Assembly (NCBI GenBank): GCA_005877965.1
Contig: VBNP01000025.1
Span: 1-41,228, forward strand
Length of the DNA: 41,228 bases
Source: Gammaproteobacteria bacterium
GTDB lineage: Bacteria > Pseudomonadota > Gammaproteobacteria > Steroidobacterales > Steroidobacteraceae
Direction: 5' to 3'
Positions 26,387-35,920 of the stretch are shown in pieces (position 1 is the stretch's first letter; every line of letters starts with the position of its first letter). The notes beneath the pieces were generated by a model, which was given only the letters and a program-made list of their open reading frames with translations, was not told the DNA's origin and did no database searches. The position numbers and the translations under genes are program-made.

Positions 26387-26858
26387 CCCGGAGCGAATAC
26401 TTCGCGCCCTGTCGAAACGGGGAGTGCTTTACATCCTGGTCGGCGCCACCGCTGCGCGCCTGCAGGGTTTCCCGCGCCTCACGGCCGATGCCGACATTGC
26501 GCCAGCCACCGATACTGACAATCTCAAACGCCTGTCGAGGGCGCTGCGCGATCTGCATGCGCGCGTTTACACGGAATCCGTGCCCGAAGGGCTACCCTTC
26601 AGCTTTGATGCCGAGACCCTTTCACGCGCCAATGTCTGGAACCTGACGACCGACGCCGGCCGGCTGGACCTCATCTTCAAGCCGAGCGGCACCCAGGGCT
26701 ACGACGATCTGGCCAAGTCGGCTGTAACCTTTAAGGCCTTTGGTATCGAACTGCGCGGCGCGAGCCTCAAGGACATCCTGCGCTCAAAGCTCGCATCGAA
26801 TCGCCCACAGGACCAGCAGGATGTGATCATCCTCACCGAGATGCTGAAACGACGTTAG
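26370..26858 (+). CDS. small Pol-beta-fold nucleotidyltransferase-like protein, putative TA partner
   Basis: It has YILVGATAARLQGFPRLTADADI (hG[GA]..A....G..R.T.D.D signature) and a C-terminal ILRSKLASNRPQDQQD helix. I prefer the ATG at 26370 over the TTG at 26349. Confidence 0.7.
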   Translation: MTGPFDPERILRALSKRGVLYILVGATAARLQGFPRLTADADIAPATDTDNLKRLSRALRDLHARVYTESVPEGLPFSFDAETLSRANVWNLTTDAGRLDLIFKPSGTQGYDDLAKSAVTFKAFGIELRGASLKDILRSKLASNRPQDQQDVIILTEMLKRR

Positions 26859-26923
26859 GAGGCATCCTGCAGCCCGTTCAGCGTCTCCTCGACGCTCGGG
26901 CGGACGACCTCGCCGCTACCTGA

Positions 26924-27589
26924 TCATGCCTGAAGCCCGAGCTCATCGAGCGAGCGCAGCAGTTCGGCCGGATCGCGATAGACGCGAAATGCTCCGGCAC
27001 TGAGGAGTTCAGTCTCGCCGTAGCCGCCACTCAGCAGCCCGACGCTCAGAATCCCAGCGCGGCGCGCCGCAAGCTGATCCCAGACGGCATCACCGATGAC
27101 ATAGCATTCGCTCGGCGCAACCCCGAGTCGCTGCCCGCAGGCGATGAACAGGTCCGGCTCAGGTTTGGCGCGCGCGACGTCGCCTCGTTCGACGACCACG
27201 ACGTCGTTGTCGACGCCGAGTACCTCGAGCGAGCGATCGATCTCGGGGCGCCGGCCGGAGGTGGCGATACCGTACGCGATCTTCCGCCGGCGCAGATCTC
27301 TCAGCAGCTCCACGGCGCCCGGAAGCGGCCGCCGCTCCGGGAGAAATTCGCGGAATAGTTCCCCGTGGCGCCTCTGCAGGTCTTCCGCTGCCGAGCCGTC
27401 GATGTCGTGCCCGAGCTCACGCGCCGCCGCACGCGCGAACAGGCCGCCGCTCATACCGATGCGGCGGTGAATACGCCAACCGTCGATGGCAAGACCCGAC
27501 TCTGCAAACGCGCGTTGCCAGGCAAACACATGCGCGTAAACGGTGTCCACGAGCGTGCCATCGAGATCAAAGATGAGCCCGCGCATCAC
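26924..27589 (-). CDS. HAD-family hydrolase (phosphoglycolate phosphatase-like)
   Basis: It has motif I (LIFDLDGTLVDT), motif II (ATSG) and motif IV (GDAVWD). Confidence 0.85.
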   Translation of the reverse strand: MMRGLIFDLDGTLVDTVYAHVFAWQRAFAESGLAIDGWRIHRRIGMSGGLFARAAARELGHDIDGSAAEDLQRRHGELFREFLPERRPLPGAVELLRDLRRRKIAYGIATSGRRPEIDRSLEVLGVDNDVVVVERGDVARAKPEPDLFIACGQRLGVAPSECYVIGDAVWDQLAARRAGILSVGLLSGGYGETELLSAGAFRVYRDPAELLRSLDELGLQA

Positions 27590-27765
27590 GACATCGTGCT
27601 CCCTCTCCGGCTAGCGAGCGTTTGCGGCTCTCGCATTGTCGCAGCTTTCGACGCCGGCTCACAGCCGTGCCATTTGACGTGGCTTTCGTCGGCGGCGGGT
27701 CAATGTTAGCGTGCACACGATGGCCACGACTGTTTCGCTGAAGACTTGCAGCGGGAGGGGATGAT

Positions 27766-28398
27766 ATGGCTGGCGGCGCTTACACGCTTTACGGCAGGGC
27801 GAACGCCGGGTCGCTGGCCGTGCAGATTGTGCTCGAGGAGATCGGCGCGCCCTATGAGCTGCGGTGGGTCGGCAAGACTGCGGCTGAGCTTGAGACCTTG
27901 CGCCGCATCAATCCCGCCGGAAAGGTGCCGGCGCTCGTGCTGCCGGATGGCACGGCGGTGTTCGAGTCCGCCGCAATCCTCATTCACCTGACCGACGCGC
28001 ATCCGGCGGCGGATCTGGCGCCGGTCGCCGGCAGCACGGCGCACGCCCGCTTTCTGCAATGGATGTTATTTCTGTCGTCGAATGTCTACGAGGCGGCGCT
28101 GCGAATCTCCTACCCGGAGCGCTACTCGACGGCCGGGACAGCCGCGGCCGACCAGATCAAGGCGCAAGCCTTGCAGGACTACGCCCGCCAACTCGAACTC
28201 ATCCACGGCGCGCTCTCGCCCTATGTACTGGGCGAGAAGCTGTCCGCTGCGGACCCGTACCTGCACATGCTCGCCGGTTGGTATCCCGATGATGCCGCCG
28301 CGCTGGGCTCCCGACTGCCGAAGCTTGCTCAGCACGCTGCACTGCTGCGCCGCAGGCCGGCGACCCGCAAGGCCGAACAGGATCACGCCGGCACCTAG
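27766..28398 (+). CDS. glutathione S-transferase
   Basis: The 210-aa product has an N-terminal thioredoxin-like GST fold (NPAGKVPALVLPDGTAVFESAAILIHL) and a helical C-terminal domain. Confidence 0.9.
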   Translation: MAGGAYTLYGRANAGSLAVQIVLEEIGAPYELRWVGKTAAELETLRRINPAGKVPALVLPDGTAVFESAAILIHLTDAHPAADLAPVAGSTAHARFLQWMLFLSSNVYEAALRISYPERYSTAGTAAADQIKAQALQDYARQLELIHGALSPYVLGEKLSAADPYLHMLAGWYPDDAAALGSRLPKLAQHAALLRRRPATRKAEQDHAGT

Positions 28399-28490
28399 GC
28401 GACCTCATCGCCACCGCATCAGGCGACGCGCGCCCAAAACCCGGCGCTTGCCGGCGCGCACACTCCAGATGCCACGGGAGGATCACGATC

Positions 28491-29180
28491 ATGAGTCTCG
28501 CTCCTTTGCACGGCATTCGGGCCTGCGTGTTCGACGCCTACGGCACGTTGTTCGACGTCGCGGCCGCGGCGCGGGCCTGCGGTCATGAGCTGGGCGAGAA
28601 GTCGAGTGCATTGAGTTCACTTTGGCGTGAAAAGCAGCTCCAATATACGTGGCTGCGGGCGCTGCAAGGCAGGCACGCGGACTTCTGGCAAGTGACCGGC
28701 GAGGCCCTCGACTTTGCGCTCGACACGCTGCAGATCTCCCGCACCGGGTTGCGGGAGCGGCTGCTGAACCTTTACCTCACGCTCGGCGCCTTTCCGGAGG
28801 TACCTGACACGCTGGCGCGGCTGAGGCGGGCCGGGATGAGGACTGCAATACTCTCCAACGGCTCCCCGCACATGCTGAAAGCCGCCGTGGAGGGCGCCCA
28901 AATCACTCACTTGCTGGACGCTGTGCTCTCGGTTGAGGAAGTCGGGATTTACAAGCCGCACCCGAGGGTTTATCAGCTTGCGGTAGAGCGCCTGGCGCTC
29001 GAGGCGGGCGCGATCGCGTTCCAGTCGTCCAATGCCTGGGACGCCTGGGCCGCATCCGCCTTCGGCATGCGGGTGGTGTGGTGCAACCGCTACGATCAGC
29101 GTCCCGAAAGGCTCCCGGGCAAGCCTGATCGGGAAATCAGGTCGCTGGCGGAACTGCCGGCCCTGTTAGGTCTGAACTGA
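28491..29180 (+). CDS. haloacid dehalogenase type II (L-2-haloacid dehalogenase)
   Basis: It contains CVFDAYGTLFDV (nucleophilic Asp), WREKQLQYTW, ILSNGS and FQSSNAWD, all typical of HAD type II dehalogenases. Confidence 0.9.
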   Translation: MSLAPLHGIRACVFDAYGTLFDVAAAARACGHELGEKSSALSSLWREKQLQYTWLRALQGRHADFWQVTGEALDFALDTLQISRTGLRERLLNLYLTLGAFPEVPDTLARLRRAGMRTAILSNGSPHMLKAAVEGAQITHLLDAVLSVEEVGIYKPHPRVYQLAVERLALEAGAIAFQSSNAWDAWAASAFGMRVVWCNRYDQRPERLPGKPDREIRSLAELPALLGLN

Positions 29181-29208
29181 CACCCTCGGAGTCCGGGATC
29201 CGGGGCAT

Positions 29209-29892
29209 TCACACCCCCGCGGCCGCGCCTTCGTGAACGGCCTGCACGATCCTGGCGGCAATCTCAGCCGGCGTTGCGGTTGCGGGGATCGCCACGCGAA
29301 TCCGCTGCTGCGGATCAACGAGCAAGACGAACGCGCTATGTTCCACCGCATAAGATCCCGATTTCGCATCGAGCGTCCGCCGGTCGAAGAAGATCCGGTA
29401 CTGTTGGGCGACGCGCTCCACGGCGCGCGGCGAACCGCTCAGGGCAATGATGCGGACATCGAAGGCGTTTACATAGGCTGACAGCGCCCGCGGTGTATCG
29501 CGTTGCGGGTCGACCGAAACGAATACCGGAAGGATCCGAGCCGCGTCGGGCCCGAGCTGCTCGAGAGCCTGATGAATTCCCATCAGGGTGAGCGGACACA
29601 CATTCGGGCAGGTCGTGAAGCCGAATGTCACGAGGCGATAGCGCGTGGCGAGAGCGTGCTCGTCAACGGCCACGCCCCGTGTGTCGCGGAGCCCGGCGAA
29701 CGAGGCATCAATCTGCTCGCCGGCACGTGGCGCCGACCCGACCGCACCGCCCGACAGGGTCTGAATCAGCATCCACACCGCCATCGCGGCGCTCACCGTG
29801 AGACTCACCAGGAGCGCAACGCCCATACGGCGAGTCCGGCGGATCACCGCACGCGCCCCGCTGAGTCCTTTGACGTGTGGCCTTTTTCCCAT
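29209..29892 (-). CDS. SCO1/SenC-family copper chaperone / thiol-disulfide protein
   Basis: It has an N-terminal membrane anchor and the CxxxC motif FTTCPNVCP, followed by a conserved His region (VEHSAFVLLVD). Confidence 0.9.
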   Translation of the reverse strand: MGKRPHVKGLSGARAVIRRTRRMGVALLVSLTVSAAMAVWMLIQTLSGGAVGSAPRAGEQIDASFAGLRDTRGVAVDEHALATRYRLVTFGFTTCPNVCPLTLMGIHQALEQLGPDAARILPVFVSVDPQRDTPRALSAYVNAFDVRIIALSGSPRAVERVAQQYRIFFDRRTLDAKSGSYAVEHSAFVLLVDPQQRIRVAIPATATPAEIAARIVQAVHEGAAAGV

Positions 29893-29922
29893 GATGCCTC
29901 GAGCTGCCCGGTCACCCGGGTG

Positions 29923-30486
29923 TCATTTCGCTTCCAGGAGCGGCGAGACGATGCGCGCGAGCCGTTCGCGTGTCCACACGGGATTCCGGTCCTTCCACCC
30001 GTCATCCACCAAACGGCCGGCGCGGTCGATGGTGAAGTTTACGGGAATACGCCAGATGCGTCCGTAGCCCGGCGCGCTGGAGCGCTCCAGGAAGCCCACC
30101 GGAAAGCTCAGCGTCCGTGCCACGGCGCGCACCTCATCGAGCTCATCGGGTGTATTGAGAGTGAATCCGAGCACGGAGAGTCCCTGAGCGGCATGCTCGG
30201 CCGCGTACCTCGAGAGCAGCGGGAGCTCCTCGCGGCAGGGCACGCACCACGTGGCCCAGAAGGTGAGGATCACGACATGGCCTGCCAGCTCCGGCGTAGA
30301 CAAGCGCTTGCCGTCCAAGGTCATCAGCGTCGCGGCGGGCGCCGGCTGTCCGACGCGCACCTCGTTGGCCTGGGCCCGTGGCGCAAGCAGATTCCCGAAG
30401 CCCAGCAGACTGCACGCCGCCGCGCCTTGCAGGACGCTGCGCCGCGTGGGGTTCGCCAACTGGCGGACTTCAAATCGAGTGCTCAT
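29923..30486 (-). CDS. TlpA-family periplasmic thiol:disulfide oxidoreductase (redoxin)
   Basis: It has a Tat/Sec-like signal (RRSVLQGAAACSLLGFG) and the thioredoxin motif FWATWCVPCREELP. Confidence 0.9.
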   Translation of the reverse strand: MSTRFEVRQLANPTRRSVLQGAAACSLLGFGNLLAPRAQANEVRVGQPAPAATLMTLDGKRLSTPELAGHVVILTFWATWCVPCREELPLLSRYAAEHAAQGLSVLGFTLNTPDELDEVRAVARTLSFPVGFLERSSAPGYGRIWRIPVNFTIDRAGRLVDDGWKDRNPVWTRERLARIVSPLLEAK

Positions 30487-30489
30487 GGC

Positions 30490-31530
30490 TCAGGGTGAGA
30501 ACGCGTAGCTGCCCCCGACCGTTACCGTCCAGTGCGGAAAGAGCTGGTACCCGTCGAGCCTGGCGTACACCGGTAGCTGCGCGAAGGCGTAGAGATACAG
30601 CTTGCCCATCACGTGCAGTGTCAGACCCGGACTCAGATAGGCCACGGTGCCTGCGGTATCCGGGGTGTCCGCCAGGGCTCCCTGATCGGCGCTCTTGCGC
30701 AACAGGTTCACCTGCAATTGCGGGACCCACTGCGGATGAGCCTCGTAGCGCAGACCGAAGCTCATCGTCGCGGCATTGCCGGGCCGGAAATCGTTGCCGG
30801 GCTTGTCCTGCTTGTGCCTGACCGCGCTCTGGAATTGACCGTTGACGAAAGCATCGAAATTCTGGCTCACGGCCTGGTAGTAGTAGGCGCCCACGATCAG
30901 GTCGGTGCTGCCGGTGCCCGCCTGCAGGCTCGCATCCAGGGGAGTCCCGGCGTTGGGGCCGGTGTTGAAGTTCACCGCCGTGCCGTAGTGGCCCGTGGGG
31001 AGCTTCACACCGAGTTGCACCCCCAGGTTGTGGGTCGGCAACAGCCCCTGGTAGCTGCCGATGATCTTGACGTCGCCCAGGTCGGAGAGACTGGAGCTGC
31101 TGATCTGACTTGCTGCCGTTTCGGACGCGGTGTACGGCGATGGCTGCTCGCCGAAAGTCGTATGAGAACGCATGACGTACGGCACCAGGACACTCACGTT
31201 CCATTCGGAATTGGGGCTGTAACTCATCCCCATGGTCAGATAGCGGTTGATCGTCTGTTTCTCGATCTCGGCACCACCGAGCGCGGGATTCGACGGATTG
31301 TTGACGACCTGCGCCGGGGTGGCCGCGCCGGTGCCACTCAGCAGCCGGTCCTGGTTCACGTAGTCGTACTCGAAGTTGAAGCGCAGTCCCGGGACGGCCG
31401 AGTAACCGGCCGCCGCGTCAGCGCTGAGCGTGCAGCCGCAGGTGGCGCAGGCCCACGCCGCCACCGGGACCGCGGATGATAGAACACCGGCCAGCGTCAA
31501 AAGCGGCAGGCGGTTGAACAGGCAAGACAT
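30490..31530 (-). CDS. outer-membrane beta-barrel protein with N-terminal CxxCxC motif
   Basis: A signal peptide ending VAAWA is followed directly by CATCGC. The rest has an alternating amphipathic beta pattern and ends GGSYAFSP. Its stop is 3 nt upstream of the TlpA-gene start. Confidence 0.7.
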   Translation of the reverse strand: MSCLFNRLPLLTLAGVLSSAVPVAAWACATCGCTLSADAAAGYSAVPGLRFNFEYDYVNQDRLLSGTGAATPAQVVNNPSNPALGGAEIEKQTINRYLTMGMSYSPNSEWNVSVLVPYVMRSHTTFGEQPSPYTASETAASQISSSSLSDLGDVKIIGSYQGLLPTHNLGVQLGVKLPTGHYGTAVNFNTGPNAGTPLDASLQAGTGSTDLIVGAYYYQAVSQNFDAFVNGQFQSAVRHKQDKPGNDFRPGNAATMSFGLRYEAHPQWVPQLQVNLLRKSADQGALADTPDTAGTVAYLSPGLTLHVMGKLYLYAFAQLPVYARLDGYQLFPHWTVTVGGSYAFSP

Positions 31531-31635
31531 GTGAATTTGTTCCCCGTTCGCCGTGGCGAACCCTTGTTAGACGAGTGAACTCGGCACAGCCGGGCGCCCG
31601 AACTGGGTGGGCGCGCGAGGCCGACGAAGGCTGCT

Positions 31636-32013
31636 TTAGGCGAAGCGGGGGGGACCGCGAGGCTGTTGGACGCGAACGAGCCCTACGTTGAGGTGTAGCG
31701 GCTCAGAGAGGAGCAGGATCGGCCCGGCAGCGCTGACCGGGGTCGGCAGGACCCGAGCCACCTCCATGGCCGGCCCGGCAGCCGGCGCGTTGCCGAACGC
31801 GCAGTGCTCGGTGTGAGGCGCATTCCCCGGGTGCCGGCCGGTATCCTGCGGCGAGGAGGGGGCTGGAAAATCGGGCCGGCAGATCGTGAGGGAAAATGGC
31901 TTGCCGCTGGCGGGCATGAAGCCGGCGGGGATCAGCGCGTGGAACACCACGGCGACCAGCAGAATGCTGGTAACGAGCTCGCGCCTACGTCGATTGAACA
32001 GAGTCGAGCGCAT
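31636..32013 (-). CDS. DUF2946-like small membrane-anchored protein
   Basis: The 125-aa product has an N-terminal TM helix (LVTSILLVAVVFHALIPAGF) and a His/Cys patch (PHTEHCAFG) similar to DUF2946 proteins that accompany copper-uptake genes. Confidence 0.6.
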   Translation of the reverse strand: MRSTLFNRRRRELVTSILLVAVVFHALIPAGFMPASGKPFSLTICRPDFPAPSSPQDTGRHPGNAPHTEHCAFGNAPAAGPAMEVARVLPTPVSAAGPILLLSEPLHLNVGLVRVQQPRGPPRFA

Positions 32014-32183
32014 GTCCGGCAGGGCTGGTGCCTTGGTGCGGAGAGTCTAAAGGGTCCGACACGCCGCCGCGACCGGCGGGCACCCTACGGCAAGATACTG
32101 CAATACCCGACCGGTGCGACCGATCATACTGTGGCGCGAGGGCACGATCGCTTCGAAACGGGTGCTTGGGGCGCCACCCTTAT

Positions 32184-32197
32184 GTCAATGCATTGAC
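32184..32197. repeat. 14-bp perfect palindrome GTCAATGCATTGAC
   Basis: Read directly from the sequence. It lies 20 nt downstream of the 32217-32606 gene and about 170 nt upstream of the DUF2946 gene. There is no loop and no T-tract, so it does not look like a terminator. Confidence 0.6.
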
Positions 32198-32216
32198 CAC
32201 AGACCGCGAGGGGTCT

Positions 32217-32606
32217 TCAGGAGAGCGGGCGCTTGCGTCGCCCCTTGCGCACGGAAAAGAACAGTTGCCGGTGTTCACCGGCACGGGTGATGGTGGCCCA
32301 CTGCAGCGCGACCAGGACATACAGGACATTCAGTGCCAGCAGCCGAGTGGGGATGTGCCTGGTGCGTTGCGCCATGGCGAGCACCTGGTTCGCCGTCACG
32401 CCCCGTGTTCCGCCGACGCGCTCGTGTACGTAATCGACGGCGGCCTTGTCGACCAGATTGAAGTAGCCGGAACCACGACGCGCCTTCGACAGCGCGAACG
32501 ACAGCACGAAAAAATAACCCTCGCTCTCGAACACATGATAGGTCTGACGTACCGCCGCGACCCGACCACAGTATTGGAGTCCACGTTGCAAAGTACGGAT
32601 ATTCAT
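32217..32606 (-). CDS. hypothetical protein (orphan, lower-GC), possibly winged-helix-like C-terminal half
   Basis: This 129-aa ORF stands isolated between two operons. I recognise no family. It has a basic C-terminal tail (RKGRRKRPLS). Confidence 0.45.
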   Translation of the reverse strand: MNIRTLQRGLQYCGRVAAVRQTYHVFESEGYFFVLSFALSKARRGSGYFNLVDKAAVDYVHERVGGTRGVTANQVLAMAQRTRHIPTRLLALNVLYVLVALQWATITRAGEHRQLFFSVRKGRRKRPLS

Positions 32607-32673
32607 ACCACCCTACCCACGGCAGTCCGAGTGCTGCTGCAAAAAGAGGTACCTAGGACAAATAACGCCCCTG

Positions 32674-35600
32674 TCAGTCTCCCTGGCCCCCCTCGAGCCG
32701 CGGAACGCCTGCCTCCTGCATCCGTGTATTGAGCGCCGGCAGCTCGGTGTTCGCGAGCGTCTTCCACTTGTCGAGCTGCTCGACCAGGCGTCGATGCAGA
32801 CCGGCGTACACCTCCTGCTGCGCCACCGTCGGAGCCACGTCGTCCGCGTCGATGGTGGCAATGAAGGTGTCATATTGCTCGTTGAGGCGGTTGGGATAGC
32901 GGAGATTGTCTTCCGATGCCTTCATGTTGACCTGGATGAGCTCCTCCTCGATCGGTGTCATGTGCTTGTCGAAATCCGCGGCGGCGGCCAATAGCGTCTT
33001 GCTGCCGGCCTCGCCGCCCGCCCAGGCCTGCAGCGTCGCGAGATTGCGGCGCATGGTGCGTATCTGATTGACCGCGCGGTGCAGCGCATCGATATCCTGT
33101 GTCGTCCGTGTCGCCAGATCCCAGTGCGCGGCCATGTCGGGCGCGCTGACCGTGTCCTTCAGTCGTGGGTCGAGCACCACTTCCAGTGGCACCGACTGCA
33201 CTCCGCTGCGGGTGCTCAGGCGAACCAGGTAGGAGCCCGGATTGACGACCGGTCCGCGCGGACCTTCGTCGGCGTAGAAGGCTCCGGGGATCTCGCGCGG
33301 ATCTTCGACGCGCAGATCCCAGGCGAAGCGGTTCATTCCAGGCGCGTCCGGCAGCAGGTCCGCGGGCGGCTCGCGATCCGGCCATTCGGCCGGTTGCTCG
33401 AATCTCTCCTTCTTATGGTTCGAGAGCGTGCGCAGCACCTTGCCCTGGGCATCGAGGATCTCGAGCGTGATCTTCTCATCGGCCGCCGGCTTGGTCTTCA
33501 GAAAATAGTCGATCACCGCGCCTCGGGGCGGGTTATCTCCGACCGGCCGGCGTCGGTTCACATCGAGAGGGAAATGCAGGTGGTAGGCGGGCTGCGGATG
33601 ATACAGGCGCACCTCGGGCACGGCTGCCCCCGGGTCGAGCTGGCGCAAGGGCGTCAGGTCGTCGAGGATCCAGAACGAGCGGCCGTGGGTCGCGACCACG
33701 AGGTCATCGTCCTTCACGACGAGATCATGGATCGGCGAGACCGGCAGATTCAGCTGCAGGGGTTGCCAGTGTCCACCGTCATCGAAGGACACATAAACCC
33801 CGAGTTCGGTCCCCGCATACAGCAGTCCCTTTCTTCTGGGATCCTCGCGCACGGAACGGACGTAAGCGCCGTCGGGTATCCCGCTGACGATGCGAGTCCA
33901 GGTCTTGCCGCTGTCGTGCGTGCGGTAGATGAGCGGCTTGAGATCGTCGACCTTGTGCCGGTCTATCGCGGCAAACGCGCTGCCGGCCTCGTGCGGCGAG
34001 GCCTCGATGATGCTGACCATGCTCCATTCGGGCATGTCTTTGGGCGTGACGTTGCGCCACGTCTGCCCGTCGTCGTGGGTCACGTGAATCAATCCATCAT
34101 CGGTGCCCGCCCACAGCAACCCCTGTTGCACCGGTGACTCGGCGAGCGCAAACACGGTGTCGTAATACTCGACGCTCGTGATGTCGAGCGTGATAGGTCC
34201 ACCCGAGGGCCGCTGCTTGCTCTTGTCGTTGCGGGTGAGATCGGCGCTGATGCGCCGCCAGCTGCGCCCCTGATCGGGGCTCTTCAGCACGAATTGCGCC
34301 GCCGTGTACAGAACCTTCGAATCGTGCCGGGAGACGAGCACCGGTTCGGTCCACTGGATGCGGTACTCGAGATCGTCCGCACCGTTACCGGATACGTCGA
34401 GGGGATGTATCGAGACGTCGCGCAGGTTGCCGGTGCGGTGATCGTAGCGCGTCATCTGTCCGCTGTCGGCATTCGCGTAGATGATCTCCGGATCGCGTGG
34501 ATCGGGCGCGATGTAGCCGCTTTCACCGCCGCCGACCTCATACCAGTCCTGTCGGCCGATGACGCCTTCGTCGTCGCGGCTGGCGATGGCGATGGTGGTG
34601 TTGTCCTGCTGGGCGCCGTAGATGCGGTACGGCCAGTGGTTGTCCACGGCGACGTGATAGAACTGCGCCGTCGGCTGGTTGTACTGCTGCGTCCAGCTCT
34701 TGCCGCCGTCGACGGAAATGGTCGCGCCGCCGTCGTTACCGTTGATCAGGCGCCTGGGATCGCGCGGGTCTATCCATAGCGCGTGATGATCACCGTGCGG
34801 AGCCGGCAGGAGCTCGAAGTCCTTGCCGCCGTTGGTGGAGCGAAATGCGCCCGTGTCCAGCACGTACACGGTATCGAGTGCGACCGGATCGGCGAAGATG
34901 TGCGAGTAGTACCACGCACGTTGCCGGAAGCGGTGATCGGAATTGACCCGCATCCAGCTGTCGCCACCGTCATCGGAACGGAAGACCCCGCCCTCCTTCG
35001 CCTCGATAGCGGCATAGACACGGTTGGAATCCGCGCCGGACACGGACACCCCGATGCGACCGAGCGGCCCGTCGGGCAGGCCGTGGCGTTCGAGGAGCTT
35101 CCAGGTGAAGCCCCCGTCGGTCGATCGATAAAGTCCCGAGCCCGTCCCGCCGCTGGAGAATCCCCATGGTTGGCGGCGCATCTGCCATAGCGAAGCGAAC
35201 AGCGTATTCGGATTGCGGGGATCGAAGACGACATCGATCCCGCCGCTGTCGCGGTCGTGGAACAGCACCCGCTGCCAGGTCTTGCCGCCGTCGCCGGTGC
35301 GGAAGATCCCGCGCTCGTCGTTGGGGCCGAACGCGTGCCCGAGCGCGGCGACGAACGCGATATCCGGGTTTCGCGGGTCGACGACGATGGCGCCGATGTG
35401 GCGCGTGTCGCGTAAACCGAGGTGCTGCCAGGTCCGGCCGGCATCGAGCGACTTGTATACGCCGTCGCCATAGGTGATGTTGCCGCGCGGGCAGGCCTCG
35501 CCGGTGCCGACATAGATGATATTGTGATCCGAGTCGGCGACCGCGATCGCGCTGCCAGGTGCTGCCGGCGTTGGTGCTCTTCCAGACGCCACCGGCGACC

Positions 35601-35803
35601 GCACCGAAATACCAGGTCGCCGGGTCACCCGCAACGCCGCTCACGGCGACCACCCGGCCGCCGCGGAACGGACCGATCTGGCGCCATTTCATGCCGCTGA
35701 AGAGTTGCGGATCGACCTGGCCGGCAGCCGATGCCGCGCCAGGCAGCAGCACCAGCAGCACACCCAAAGCGCTCACAAGACCGTCGAACCGGCAACGATT
35801 CAT
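32674..35803 (-). pseudogene. BNR/sortilin (VPS10)-like repeat glycosyl-hydrolase-family protein, disrupted by an internal deletion plus frameshift at ~35550
   Basis: The signal peptide and first blade (MNRCRFDGLVSALGVLLVLLPGAASA...GGVWKSTNAGSTW) are in one frame starting at the ATG at 35803. The remaining ~980 aa (...SAIAVADSDHNIIYVGTGEACPRGN...) are in the frame offset by 1 nt. The span is 3130 nt, which is not a multiple of 3. Confidence 0.75.
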
Positions 35804-35920
35804 TTTGCCCCCAACCAGGAGATGCGCCACGCGTGAGCGGCGATTATTCCACGGGACGGGTCAACGTGTTGATGAGATCGCGCATCGCCAGCCATGCCCG
35901 GCGAGGTGAAGCGGCGCGAC

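Noticed and set aside
28427-28459. GC-rich hairpin (CCGGC-gctt-GCCGG within GCGCGCC...GGCGCGC) after the GST gene, considered as a terminator.
   Set aside because: No U-tract follows it. The next gene starts about 30 nt later on the same strand, so a termination function is not supported.
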